A DNA stretch of 63,891 bases, filler included, from an uncultured Methanoregulaceae archaeon (GCA_964530035.1; 8 parts of 8 records of this genome joined end to end with filler, not necessarily neighbours in it); one strand, 5' to 3'. Counted from the whole stretch's first letter, positions 10,954 to 21,273 are shown. Notes: a model not told the origin generated them from the letters alone. A program made the numbers and translations.

Positions 10954-11394
10954 CTACTCCTCTGTTGAGATGTAGGTGATCTTCCTGAGCGAGTTGCTGG
11001 CGATATCTCCGGTTATTCCTTCTCCACCAAGTGAAATACCCGGGAGCGGGGTGAACGTGCTGATGCTCCCCTGGGACAGCTTGATGTCAGACCCCCCTCC
11101 AAGGATCTGGATCCGGAAGTTCCGGTTGATGATCTCCCTTGGAAAATCAATTTTCGACGAGATATCTCCCGTGGATGGTCGAATGCTGTGGACATCAACT
11201 ATCCGCGTACTAATCCCGTTCCCGATGTCGGTAAAAGCATTTGAAATCAACTGGTCAGACGGGCTTTTAGTAATAAGGGAAGGGATCGTAAGCATGATTA
11301 GGACGGTGAAGGTGACGAGGATAGCGCTGAACACAATATATGAGATGAGGTGACTGACGGCGGGATCCTTGGCAGGTTTGGTCAGATGAGTCAT
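10954..11394 (-). CDS. archaeal minor pilin-like protein
   Basis: 'DPA|VSHLISYIVFSAILV'. Confidence 0.8.
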   Translation of the reverse strand: MTHLTKPAKDPAVSHLISYIVFSAILVTFTVLIMLTIPSLITKSPSDQLISNAFTDIGNGISTRIVDVHSIRPSTGDISSKIDFPREIINRNFRIQILGGGSDIKLSQGSISTFTPLPGISLGGEGITGDIASNSLRKITYISTEE

Positions 11395-11771
11395 AAATAG
11401 GTCCTCGTACTGTTCAGCAGGGTCGAGTTATAGGCAATCAGCCCGTTGTTCATATGAATGGTAATCGAACTGGGATCCGGGTCGACTCCAACAACCATGT
11501 TGATCCTGTTCATGGCAATAGAATCGAGTTTGTCGATATATGTCTGGTTAATTGTTTCGACGTAATCTGAATCGCGGTAGAGCTGAGAGTGCTGAACGAT
11601 TGCATGCTGGGTGCTCAGTATTTCAGACTTCGGAAAGTCGAGGATGCTCTCGGCACTGGTCTGACCGACAAGCATCGAGTTATTTGCGACAATTGCAAGC
11701 ATAAGGAGGGAAACACTGACAATGAATCCCAGGATGATGAGCCATTGACCGGAATCTTTCATGCCCGCCAT
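11391..11771 (-). CDS. archaeal minor pilin-like protein
   Basis: 'KDSG|QWLIILGFIVSV'. Confidence 0.8.
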   Translation of the reverse strand: MAGMKDSGQWLIILGFIVSVSLLMLAIVANNSMLVGQTSAESILDFPKSEILSTQHAIVQHSQLYRDSDYVETINQTYIDKLDSIAMNRINMVVGVDPDPSSITIHMNNGLIAYNSTLLNSTRTYL

Positions 11772-12271
11772 AAGTACAACTCCACAAGTACGGGTTCATA
11801 CCCCCCGGAACCGTCCGGGATGTTCACGAAACGTGTAGCCCTGACCATCCGTTCTTTTCCAGTTACTATGGATGAGCTGCTGACGGAACGGGTGAAGCCG
11901 CTGTCCGTGATCTTCATCTGGTACTCGACTTTTGCAGGGCTGAAAACGGTCCTGTTGGTGAGGGTGGTGACGTTTTCAAACACCCACTCCTCTACTGCAG
12001 GATTACCAGCATAACTCTGGATAACGATGTCCTGCAGGGGACTGAGCCGGGACTGGTACAGATCAGCCGCAGAATAGTTTATCCTTGGACTGGTGTCCAA
12101 GGTAGTGAGGGTATCGCTTGCCATCTGCTCAAGCTGCATGTCGGAAACATGGATATCCGCAGGAGTGTAGAGGGTCGTTGATGTTACAATGACATATGCG
12201 GTCCCGATCATTATCAGTGCGGCAACGATCCCTTCTATCGTGAAGAGCTGGGCGGAGTCCCGTTCTACCAT
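11759..12271 (-). CDS. archaeal minor pilin-like protein
   Basis: 'RDSA|QLFTIEGIVAALIMI'. Confidence 0.8.
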   Translation of the reverse strand: MVERDSAQLFTIEGIVAALIMIGTAYVIVTSTTLYTPADIHVSDMQLEQMASDTLTTLDTSPRINYSAADLYQSRLSPLQDIVIQSYAGNPAVEEWVFENVTTLTNRTVFSPAKVEYQMKITDSGFTRSVSSSSIVTGKERMVRATRFVNIPDGSGGYEPVLVELYLWRA

Positions 12272-13434
12272 ATCTTGACCTCCAGGACCCCGTCAACAAG
12301 TTTGATGGGGGTAACATTTACATAATTGAATTCTTCAACACCACCTGCACCGGGTGTGCTGAAGGTTAAATTAATGTAGATATCATTTTTTGCGTTCGGA
12401 TAGAAGTAGGTTTCATCAGAAAAGAACGTTTTCGGGAAAGTGAACCATACATTCTTGTCCTGGACATCGTCAGGGAGGTTGATATCTCCAACGACGTTGA
12501 TTACCCCTGGTTTCTGAATGCCCTCAACAAAGAGACCGATCTCTGAATAGTCAAGAGCCGGGGGAGCCCCGTCAGAAGTTAATGCAATATTCGTGAGTGT
12601 TGGGGCGTTGGGATCTGAAAGGTTTATGTAAAAAGGTGAATTTCTGATATCAAGCCAGTAGTTCTGGCCGTAGGTATCATTGTATACAGCGGTTAAGGGC
12701 AGGTGAAGACTGAGGATGGTATCAGACCCTGCATGATTTGACCCGTTAATGGTAATTCCTGGCCCGAAACCAGGATTTTCGTTTGACTTTATTTTCACGA
12801 TCCTCTTGATATAGCCGGTATTATCCGGGGGTACCTGCCCGACAGACCTCGTACTCCAGGAACCATCCTCATTCCTGGTACTGAGTGCAATATTGAAGCC
12901 ATACTTTATCTGACCCCAGTCAACCGGGGTTTCTCCGAACATGGAAACAGTCTTGTTCACCCGGTATGTCCCGAATATTGCGTTGTTATAATAGTCCTGG
13001 TCGGTGAATATTCCCGTATCAAAAAATTTATCCGTTTTTTCCTGGGACAACACCCACGACCCGTCACGGTTTGGTTTTTTAAGTGAACCCTCAATCGAAT
13101 TGTAGAGGCCAAACCGCTTGATGTACTGGCGCAATGCCGGGTCATCAGCAAGGAGTTCCCATTCGGAACCATTGTAATACTTCGAGCCTATCCAGGCAGG
13201 ATTAGCAGGACAGTTCGATTCGCACTCCCAGAACCCCGGGTCCTCAACCAGGATGACCCCCGTCCGGTAGGCTACCGCATCGTAATCGATGGTCTTGCCC
13301 TGGATATGGGCAAGGATTCCTGAAACCATCGAGATGACGATGATGAGGCCGAGCATGAATATCGCTATGCCTACGAGGAAGTCCATCGATAACTGTCCGC
13401 TGTCGGTATCCTTTGCATTATTTCTGGAATTCAT
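12265..13434 (-). CDS. large archaeal pilin-like protein
   Basis: 'DSG|QLSMDFLVGIAIF', 'AYRTGVILVEDPG'. Confidence 0.8.
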   Translation of the reverse strand: MNSRNNAKDTDSGQLSMDFLVGIAIFMLGLIIVISMVSGILAHIQGKTIDYDAVAYRTGVILVEDPGFWECESNCPANPAWIGSKYYNGSEWELLADDPALRQYIKRFGLYNSIEGSLKKPNRDGSWVLSQEKTDKFFDTGIFTDQDYYNNAIFGTYRVNKTVSMFGETPVDWGQIKYGFNIALSTRNEDGSWSTRSVGQVPPDNTGYIKRIVKIKSNENPGFGPGITINGSNHAGSDTILSLHLPLTAVYNDTYGQNYWLDIRNSPFYINLSDPNAPTLTNIALTSDGAPPALDYSEIGLFVEGIQKPGVINVVGDINLPDDVQDKNVWFTFPKTFFSDETYFYPNAKNDIYINLTFSTPGAGGVEEFNYVNVTPIKLVDGVLEVKIW

Positions 13435-14009
13435 GGCGAATGGATCAACTCACCTGATTTGGCATCGAACTGGTAGGTCGAGGTCCCTCCCTTGCCGGAT
13501 GTGGTCAGGGAATACACTCTTCCGACAAGTTCCAGTGTTGTTTCTCCTGAAGTCTGTTCTGGGAGAAAACCTTTGATCAGTGCGGCACGGCGGGTGAAAA
13601 GGTCCTTTGGTAGGACTATTGAATCGAGGGAGATCTCACTGTCAGGCAACGTCCCTGTCCAGGCCTGGATATCAGGTGAAGATCCCCTGGTAAAGACGAT
13701 GAGTTTGTTTTCCACCCCTGATTTCACACCAAACACCCAGCTTCGGGCGTCACTGTTGATATCGACCTGGTTTCCCCGGATTGAATGGATTTTATATGAA
13801 GGATCCAGGCCCCCTCCTGATGAAACCATATGCAGCTGCTCGACGGCCTCACTGAATGGGAGATTGATGCTGTCCTGGGTCTCTGATGAGACCTGAAGGG
13901 TTTTCTGCTGGTCAACGGGCGGGGAAAAAATGGTGCAGCCAGTCGAAAAAATGACAAGAAGGACAAGACCTGTAAGGAGGTAACCCTTGCCTGCTGGCAG
14001 AGATCCCAT
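13431..14009 (-). CDS. putative lipoprotein heading the pilin operon
   Basis: hydrophobic stretch ending in lipobox-like 'FSTGC'; stop overlaps the next ATG; start placed at MGSLP. Confidence 0.7.
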   Translation of the reverse strand: MGSLPAGKGYLLTGLVLLVIFSTGCTIFSPPVDQQKTLQVSSETQDSINLPFSEAVEQLHMVSSGGGLDPSYKIHSIRGNQVDINSDARSWVFGVKSGVENKLIVFTRGSSPDIQAWTGTLPDSEISLDSIVLPKDLFTRRAALIKGFLPEQTSGETTLELVGRVYSLTTSGKGGTSTYQFDAKSGELIHSP

Positions 14010-14396
14010 GATATGAAGTATATATTCTTTTGTGTATTTATAGCGCGTGATCACGGAAGATGAAGCGAAGATTTAGCCGAATCTACGATGTTTTATGGTT
14101 CGATTAGTGTCCCGTGAAGATGCCTTGCCATCCGGTCGTACGGGGCGGGAATTCCAGCTACCCTTGAATGCAATGCAAAGGCTGCAATAAAGAAATCCCC
14201 TGGTCCAAGGTGGTTCAACATCCTCATCTCAATGAGTACTAATCAGGATGAGGATATCGTTTTAAGGGTAGGGGTCCTGGAATCATCGATCAATTCGCCG
14301 TCTGATTTCCCTACTCCCCGCCAGATCCGCCCCTGTCAATGAACCCCCCCGACCCAACCCCGCAACCTTTTCCCAGAGGAAACCCCACCCCCTGTG

Positions 14397-14843
14397 ATGA
14401 CATCCCCCACCGCCAGGGAACTTGACCCCGAAGAGTTCCCACTTGCCGAGGCCCTGTGGACCCGCTACCGCGGCCAGAAGGCTGACAGGAAACATGACCG
14501 GATTTTTGGAACATTCGACGAATCAGGGAGGCTGGTTGCCCTGGCCCGGTGCAAGCGGCACGCAGACGGTCTCGAGGTGGACGCGGTCTTTACGCCCGAC
14601 GAGTACCGGGGGAAGGGATATGCCCGGCACGCCGTCCAGGCTCTCGTGGACGCTTGTGGCGGTGAAACGATGTACATGCACTCGACCCTGGCCCTGAGGA
14701 GGTTCTACCCGCAGTTCGGCTTTTCACCAATACCCGAAACAGAGCTCCCTCCTACCATCAAAGAACGGCTAATTTTTTGTCTCGGCGAGATGGAGGGCTG
14801 CAACGCCATACCCATGCGAAGGGAGGCATCAGCCGGGACCTGA
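14397..14843 (+). CDS. GNAT family N-acetyltransferase
   Basis: 'VFTPDEYRGKGYA' acetyl-CoA motif and 'FYPQFGF'. Confidence 0.9.
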   Translation: MTSPTARELDPEEFPLAEALWTRYRGQKADRKHDRIFGTFDESGRLVALARCKRHADGLEVDAVFTPDEYRGKGYARHAVQALVDACGGETMYMHSTLALRRFYPQFGFSPIPETELPPTIKERLIFCLGEMEGCNAIPMRREASAGT

Positions 14844-14911
14844 AAAAGGGGGTTTTTAAGGGGAGAAATCGTGGCAGACTTCGAAGAGTTTGCCGTGGTG
14901 CGCCTGTATCT

Positions 14912-15463
14912 TCAGATTTCAAGGTCGAAGGAGCTGCCTGAAGGTGAGATGTCGTCCCAGGGGAGGGTACTTCCCGACGGAGAGAAGTCTTCGAACACTG
15001 TGGTACTCCCGGAACCGCTCACGTCTTCGAACGGCTCAAGACTTCCCGAGGGCCCGATATCCTCAAACAGAAACGCACTGCCCGAGGGTGAGATGTCTTC
15101 AAAGGCAGTGATGTTCCCTGACCCGGTCAGGTTTGCAAAGGGTGTGTACATGGTACTGTCAGGCGTGAACATCGTCAGGGAGAACCTGTTCATGTCGGGC
15201 GCCGTGATGACCGGCAGGGAAAAAACCCCCTTGCCGAAGACCAGTGCGTTAAATACTGCCGTGGTGGAGTTCCGGTTCAAAGGAACGGCATCCTTGGCCT
15301 CGGCAGCCGGCAGGGGCGAACCCAGGCAGGACTTCAGGGAGGGATACGCCCCGGTGGGAGTACTTCCGGGGGCAGCCATGGCCGCGGTTATCATGAGGGC
15401 GGTTCCAAGCAGCATGCCCATGGCTGTCAACGGCATGTGCGGTATTCGTGGTGAACTGGCCAT
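14912..15463 (-). CDS. secreted protein with six 12-aa tandem repeats
   Basis: signal-peptide-like N-terminus; AT-rich promoter upstream; repeats of consensus xFEDISPSGSxx. Confidence 0.7.
   Translation of the reverse strand: MASSPRIPHMPLTAMGMLLGTALMITAAMAAPGSTPTGAYPSLKSCLGSPLPAAEAKDAVPLNRNSTTAVFNALVFGKGVFSLPVITAPDMNRFSLTMFTPDSTMYTPFANLTGSGNITAFEDISPSGSAFLFEDIGPSGSLEPFEDVSGSGSTTVFEDFSPSGSTLPWDDISPSGSSFDLEI
14927..15142 (-). repeat. degenerate 36-bp coding tandem repeat, six units
   Basis: PFANLTGSGNIT/AFEDISPSGSAF/LFEDIGPSGSLE/PFEDVSGSGSTT/VFEDFSPSGSTL/PWDDISPSGSSF. Confidence 0.85.
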
Positions 15464-15754
15464 AATATTATCTTTTTATATTTTTTTAATAATTGGTAAG
15501 ATAAATTGTCCATTATGTTATAATAACACCAATAAAGGAAGGAATTCCCCTGGATCTTTATTTAAGATCCATATCTTCGATTTTATTCACCCCGGTATGA
15601 GAGATCTCTTTCTGCTGTAATTCCGATCAAACGATTCGACAGGGCCGTTTCTTCGACTAGTCCGCTGGTAAATCCTGACGAACAGTGAAAATTCAGCATT
15701 CCCGGACATGACCGTCCGCTTCAAAAAATGTTGAGAAGCCCCTGGGTTGCCTCT

Positions 15755-16627
15755 TTACCGCACGATCTTCGTGATCGGGATTTCGAGGATATCGACCGCC
15801 CCGGCGCCTTTCAGCTCCGGGATGAGGCGGTTGACCTGTTTCTTGTCAACAACCGTTTCTATCGAGAAGAAGTCAATCCCGTGGAGTCGTGCAATCGTCG
15901 GCCTCTTCAGCGCGGGAAGAGTCGCTATCACCGCGTCCACCCGGTCCGCCGGGACGTTCATGGAGAGGAGGACCTGCCGCCGGGCCTCGAGAACGCCGAG
16001 AAGGAGGGTGACAACCTCGTCGATGGCTTTCCGCTTCTCCGGGTCGGCATAACTGCCCTTGTTCGCGATGATCGTGGTATATGACTCCATGATCTGCCCG
16101 ATGATTTTAAGTCCGTTCTTCCGGAGCGTCGTCCCGGTCTCGGTCAGGTCGACGACGACGTCCATCAGGTCGGGAACCTTTGCTTCCGAGGCCCCGTAAC
16201 TGGGGAAGAGCCTGATCGGGATGGCGAGGTCTGAGAAGAACCTGCGGGTCAGTTCCGGGTACTCGGTCGTCACGCGACTGTCCGGCCTGATCTGGCCCGG
16301 GGATTCAACTGGCTCGCTCTGGTGGACGGCAATGACGATCCTGACGTTACCCTCGCCGGTCTTGCTGTAGTGCAGGCTGGCGACCTCGATGACCGAGGCA
16401 CCACTTTCGCGGACCCAGTCAAGACCGGATATCCCGAGGTCGAAGGCTCCCATCTCGACGTAGACCGGGATCTCCTGGGGCCGGAGGATCTTCACCTTGT
16501 CGATCCGGTCATCGTCGATCCTGGGGTTGTAGTCCCGGTCGGTCCGCTTGACGGCAAGGTCGGCCTCCCTGAACAACTGGAGGGTCTGCTCCTCAAGGCT
16601 CCCCTTCGGGAGTGCCAGCGATAGCAT
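15755..16627 (-). CDS. hisG: ATP phosphoribosyltransferase (long form)
   Basis: 'LALPKGSL', 'RPQEIP', 'GASEAK', 'VVDLTETGTTLRKNGL'; start moved to MLSLALP, downstream of GGAGG. Confidence 0.95.
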   Translation of the reverse strand: MLSLALPKGSLEEQTLQLFREADLAVKRTDRDYNPRIDDDRIDKVKILRPQEIPVYVEMGAFDLGISGLDWVRESGASVIEVASLHYSKTGEGNVRIVIAVHQSEPVESPGQIRPDSRVTTEYPELTRRFFSDLAIPIRLFPSYGASEAKVPDLMDVVVDLTETGTTLRKNGLKIIGQIMESYTTIIANKGSYADPEKRKAIDEVVTLLLGVLEARRQVLLSMNVPADRVDAVIATLPALKRPTIARLHGIDFFSIETVVDKKQVNRLIPELKGAGAVDILEIPITKIVR

Positions 16628-16667
16628 GCCTCCATACTTGGATGTGAAAGGACAAGAAACGTCCGGG

Positions 16668-16900
16668 TCAGAAGGTGTGGATAAGGAGCCCGGAGAGGAG
16701 TTTTGGTTCGAACCAGGTCGATTTCGGCGGCATGATGCCACCGGCGTCCGCAATGGCGATCACCTCGCCGACCTTCACCGGCTGCATGGCAATCGCCGCG
16801 ATGTAGGCACCCCCGTCAACCTTTGCGACAAGGTCGGCAAGTGGCCGTGCCCCGCCGAGGTACTGGAGACGCGGGTCCCCCCGTGGGTCAGCAATGCCCA
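16668..16900 (-). CDS. DUF1015 family protein, C-terminal part (5'-truncated; not in ORF track)
   Basis: Hand translation ends 'IADAGGIMPPKSTWFEPKLLSGLLIHTF*', the DUF1015 C-terminal signature. Confidence 0.85.
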
Positions 16901-17000
16901 NNNNNNNNNNNNNNNNNNNNNNNNNNNNNNNNNNNNNNNNNNNNTTAATTAATTAANNNNNNNNNNNNNNNNNNNNNNNNNNNNNNNNNNNNNNNNNNNN
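16901..17000. other. artificial contig linker
   Basis: N44-TTAATTAATTAA-N44. Confidence 0.99.
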
Positions 17001-17548
17001 CGTGTTCGCGCTGATGGCGCGGTGATCCGGGGCAGCGGGGATATCTGGCGGGTTGTCAAGGACCCGGGCGGCTGAGCTCCACCCGGTGGCCGGTCGAAAG
17101 GTCAGTTTTGGTTACATTCCGGAAACCCATGCAACAAGCCGGAACGTTGAGGCTGTGGAGGTACCCTCCCTGTCTGACGTTTGTGAGGAGGTGGGCATCT
17201 GCCGGGGGCTTCGCAGGGCTGGACGGTTCCGGAATCATCTGAAGGGGAGGGGGTGGCAGGTACCCCCCCTGGCCGGAGCAGGAGGTGCAGGGTTCTTTTC
17301 ACGTCCATCCCCGGCAGAAGCATGGCCGCCGCCAGTCGGGCAGGCTTTCCCGCTCTTTTCCTTCAGCCGCCTCCGGCCCGGCAGGGTAACGTCGGCAGGC
17401 ACATCTGTGGTGACGGGTGGGTGGGGTATTGGGATCAATCAGCGGCAACAGGGGGCAGGAACCGTGGGTTGGGACAGCGTACCTGGAGACTCTGACCATA
17501 AACACCTTCATTCCCGACTGCAAACCTCATCAGGAAGGTCAGATTTTT

Positions 17549-18643
17549 ATGACTCCTCCTTCGTCGGAATGCATACCAGTGCATCACTATACATTACAAC
17601 AGCTTGGGTGGACAGAAGAATACGCAGACGCTTTTTCAAAATACTCCGGGGCCTACCTGCCCGGCCGTGTTGCCTGCCGGCAGAAGACCGTCTGGGACGT
17701 GCTGACTGAAGAAGGGGCCGTTACAACGGGAATTTCCGGTGCGCTGAAAAAACTCGGCCGTTATCCTGCTGTAGGCGATTTTGTCGTGCTGCATAGCCCC
17801 CCGGGATCCAACGCCATGGTGATTGTGGATATCCTTGCCCGGAAGACATGGTTTACCAGGGGCAGTTCAGGACGTGAAGGAACCGACCAGGTCATCGCAG
17901 CGAACGCTGACATCGTGTTTATCGTCACGGCAGCCGGCCATGACCTGAATGCCCGCCGTGTCGAACGGTACCTCTCTATTGTTCACGCTTCCGGGGCACG
18001 ACCGGTAATCCTGATCAACAAGGCCGATCTCTCCGATGACCCGGACCGGTTGCGTGACGAGATCCTCCCGGTCTCTGCCGGGATTCCGGTCATCTCCCTG
18101 AGCGCGAAAAGCGGCGATGGGATCGGGCAGCTCGACCCGTATCTCGCTCCGGGCACAACGATCGTCCTTATCGGTTCTTCCGGGGTCGGCAAGTCGACCC
18201 TCATCAACCGGCTGCTCGAAAATCCCGTGCAGGACACATCAGGTACCCGGAATTATGACGGGAAAGGCCGGCATACGACGACCGTCCGGCAGCTCTTTAT
18301 CCTGAAGGGAGGGGCACTCATGATTGATAATCCCGGGCTCCGCGAGGTCGGTATCGGCACAGCATCCGGGGGCATTGCCGGAACATTCCCTGATATCCTT
18401 GCACTGGCCGGAAGGTGCAGGTTCTCCGACTGCAGGCACGACCAGGAGCCGGGCTGTGCCGTGAAGGAGGCTGTTGAGCGAGGGGAACTCTCTCAGGAAC
18501 GGATCGGGAACTACCACCGGCTGATGCTGGAACTCGCGTTCGAGCAGGACAAAGCAGAGATCGGCCTGGTCCGGTCTGAAAGAAAACGGTGGAAAGCCAT
18601 CAGCAAGCTCGGAAAAGAGATCCAGAAGGGAACAAGCGAATGA
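17549..18643 (+). CDS. rsgA: ribosome small subunit-dependent GTPase A
   Basis: circularly permuted GTPase: NKAD, GSSGVGKS, GRHTTT, DNPG; Zn motif CRFSDCRHDQEPGC. Confidence 0.93.
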   Translation: MTPPSSECIPVHHYTLQQLGWTEEYADAFSKYSGAYLPGRVACRQKTVWDVLTEEGAVTTGISGALKKLGRYPAVGDFVVLHSPPGSNAMVIVDILARKTWFTRGSSGREGTDQVIAANADIVFIVTAAGHDLNARRVERYLSIVHASGARPVILINKADLSDDPDRLRDEILPVSAGIPVISLSAKSGDGIGQLDPYLAPGTTIVLIGSSGVGKSTLINRLLENPVQDTSGTRNYDGKGRHTTTVRQLFILKGGALMIDNPGLREVGIGTASGGIAGTFPDILALAGRCRFSDCRHDQEPGCAVKEAVERGELSQERIGNYHRLMLELAFEQDKAEIGLVRSERKRWKAISKLGKEIQKGTSE

Positions 18644-18862
18644 CCGGGACCTCCATGATGAATAAAGGCAGCGGAGACGGCTGGAGCCGGGGCGGTGCTG
18701 GCCAGCGGGGTCTTGTCCCGCTCCTGCGAACCGGCCATCCAGCCGTTTCCCCTTCCCGGCCCATCACCGCGAGCCGGATCACCTCCTTCTCCTGCTGACA
18801 TTTTTGTCCCTAATCCCTTTTTGTATCCGTACGATCTTCGTTCGTAGTGGAAAGGTGAGAAA

Positions 18863-20020
18863 ATGCTGTACAGGAAGTTCCCACGGTGCGGTCACGGTCT
18901 CTCGATCCTCGGCTTCGGGTGCATGCGGCTGCCGCCCAGAGACGGTCAGCCGGCTGGAGGAGAGATCGATGAGCCGAAGGCAATTGATATGATCCGGACC
19001 GCCATTGACGCCGGGGTCAATTACATCGATACGGCCTACCCGTACCACAACGGGGAGAGCGAGGTGGTCGTCGGGAGGGCGCTTGGCGACGGCTACCGCG
19101 ACCGGGTATTCCTTGCCACCAAGCTCCCCAGCTGGCTCGTCACCAGCCGGGGAGACATGGACAGGTACCTGGACGAACAGCTCGCAAAACTCGGCACGGA
19201 CCACATTGATTTCTATCTCCTCCACGGGCTTGGCGCCGAAACGTGGGAGAACCTTTCCCGGCTGGGCGTCCTTGAATTCCTGGACAGTGCCCGGGAGGAC
19301 GGCCGGATCCGGCACCCGGCGTTCTCCTTCCATGACGAGTTTCCGGTCTTCCGGGAGATCGTCGATGCCTACGAGTGGACCTTTGCCCAGGTCCAGTACA
19401 ACTACATGGACGAGCAGTACCAGGCCGGCACGCAGGGGTTGAGGTACGCAGCGGAACGGGGCCTTGGCATCGTAGTCATGGAACCGCTCCGGGGCGGTCT
19501 CCTGTCCGGGGACGTCCAGGCGATCCACCAGCACCTCCTTGATGCCCCGGTCCGGCGCACGCCGTCGGAGTGGGGGCTCCGCTGGGTCTGGGACCACCCG
19601 GAGGTCACGGTCGTGCTCTCCGGCATGTCTTCGATGGAACAGGTCAGGGAAAACCTTTCCAGTGCAACGCAGGGCCTGCCGGGTTCTCTCTCCCCCGGTG
19701 AGCTTGCCGTCGTCGGGAAGATGCGGGACACGTTTGCCTCCCGGGTGAAGATCCCGTGCACCGGCTGCCGCTACTGCATGCCGTGCGAAAACGGCGTCGA
19801 CATCCCTGGTTGCTTCATGTATTACAACCAGGCGTATACCTTCGATGCAAAGGAGAAAGCGGAGGGCGTGTACCTCTGGGCCCTCAACGGTTCGTTTTCC
19901 GGGGGAATACCGGGGTACGCCTCCTGTTGTGTCCAGTGCGGAGAGTGCGAGGAAAAATGTCCGCAGAAGTTTCCCATACGGGAATATTTGCAGGACGTTG
20001 CAGGATTTTTCGGAAAATAA
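18863..20020 (+). CDS. aldo/keto reductase with C-terminal 4Fe-4S domain
   Basis: 'LGFGCMRLP', 'DTAYPYH.GESE', 'CTGCRYCMPC', 'CVQCGECEEKCP'. Confidence 0.93.
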   Translation: MLYRKFPRCGHGLSILGFGCMRLPPRDGQPAGGEIDEPKAIDMIRTAIDAGVNYIDTAYPYHNGESEVVVGRALGDGYRDRVFLATKLPSWLVTSRGDMDRYLDEQLAKLGTDHIDFYLLHGLGAETWENLSRLGVLEFLDSAREDGRIRHPAFSFHDEFPVFREIVDAYEWTFAQVQYNYMDEQYQAGTQGLRYAAERGLGIVVMEPLRGGLLSGDVQAIHQHLLDAPVRRTPSEWGLRWVWDHPEVTVVLSGMSSMEQVRENLSSATQGLPGSLSPGELAVVGKMRDTFASRVKIPCTGCRYCMPCENGVDIPGCFMYYNQAYTFDAKEKAEGVYLWALNGSFSGGIPGYASCCVQCGECEEKCPQKFPIREYLQDVAGFFGK

Positions 20021-20038
20021 AAAAGACGAGATACCACG

Positions 20039-20257
20039 ATGCCAGTAATTACGATTGATCTCAGGAAAGTTAGCCCTGAAACGAAAGCAGACCTGATCGA
20101 GAACCTGACGAAGACCGCGTCAGAGGTCACAAAACTGCCGCCGCAGGCATTTTTTGTGTGTGTCCGGGAGTACCCGCTTGATGCTATTGGTACGGGTGGA
20201 GTCCCGCTCTCGCAGCAGGTCCCAGGTACGGTGACTCCTCCCAGGCAGGAACCCTGA
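20039..20257 (+). CDS. 4-oxalocrotonate tautomerase family protein
   Basis: catalytic Pro1 'MPVITI', 'IGTGG', 72 aa. Confidence 0.9.
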   Translation: MPVITIDLRKVSPETKADLIENLTKTASEVTKLPPQAFFVCVREYPLDAIGTGGVPLSQQVPGTVTPPRQEP

Positions 20258-20526
20258 TCCCGATCTCACTGATCAGGGGCGAGGTGTGGAGTATTCCCCG
20301 CCTGCCTCATCTTCTCCGATGGTAGTGTCGGCCATGGCCCATCATCATCCTTGGGAAGATATCTGAAAAGCCAGGTGAACCGGAACCGTTGGTACCTGAA
20401 CCCGGATCCCTAACGGATTGGAAAATGCGGGTCCGGCATATCCGGCAGGCATTGCGACCGGTACCGGAAGGGGATTACATAGTTAGTATCACAGCCAGAA
20501 ATGCCCCGCAGCAGGCCAGGGCCACG

Positions 20527-21273
20527 TTAAAAAACATATCTCCACTCGTTTTTCTTCAGTTCCTCTTTTCTCTGTTTGTAATCAGGCATATGGGCCCGGA
20601 CCAGGTCCCAGAAAACCGGTGAATGGTCCTTGTGAACGATATGGCACAGTTCATGGAGGACGATGTAGTCGATGGTGTCCAGGGGGGCCATGAGCAGCCG
20701 GACATTGATTGAAACGGTGTTGTTCGGGGAACAACTCCCCCATTTGGACTTCTGGTTCCTGACAGAAAACGGGGGCGGTGAAACACCGAGCTGTCTGGCC
20801 CAGTACCCGATCCTTTCCCGTACCACTTCCCTCGCCCGGGCCAGGTACCAGGAGTACAGCTGGTCTTTGATCAGTTCTTCAAAAGGAGAGGAGATCCTGT
20901 CCTGCGGAAGAACAACAACGAGGTCCTGTTCCCGCATAAAGACGGCGGGATTCCGGCCCTCTTCCACGACGAGGCGGTACTCCCGGCCAAGGTAGAGAAG
21001 GGTTTCTCCGGTGACATACTCCTTTTTTGGCCTCGAAAGGATGCGTTCCTGCATCATCATGACTTTCTCGGAGATCCAGGAACGCTTTTCTTCCACAAAC
21101 CGCACGACATCACCCGTGGGAGTCCCCGCCGGGGCCCTGACATCGACAATCCCCGGGGGCCTGACCCGGATGGCAAGAGTCTTCCGGCCGGAGCTGGTGG
21201 TGATGGTATAGGGGATGGTGGCCGGGCCAACCACGAGAGACCGGTGGACAACGCCTTCTTTCTTGTGTTTCAT
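20527..21273 (-). CDS. M48/YgjP-like (DUF45) zinc metallopeptidase
   Basis: 'KWGSCS', 'DYIVLHELCH..HKDHSPVFW'. Confidence 0.92.
   Translation of the reverse strand: MKHKKEGVVHRSLVVGPATIPYTITTSSGRKTLAIRVRPPGIVDVRAPAGTPTGDVVRFVEEKRSWISEKVMMMQERILSRPKKEYVTGETLLYLGREYRLVVEEGRNPAVFMREQDLVVVLPQDRISSPFEELIKDQLYSWYLARAREVVRERIGYWARQLGVSPPPFSVRNQKSKWGSCSPNNTVSINVRLLMAPLDTIDYIVLHELCHIVHKDHSPVFWDLVRAHMPDYKQRKEELKKNEWRYVF

Noticed and set aside
14927..15142. 36-bp periodicity as a CRISPR array
   Set aside because: Units are contiguous, degenerate and in frame, with no spacers and no cas genes.
14871..15620. 249-aa plus-strand ORF with its own repeats
   Set aside because: Antisense shadow of the repeat protein; the minus ORF has the signal peptide and the promoter.
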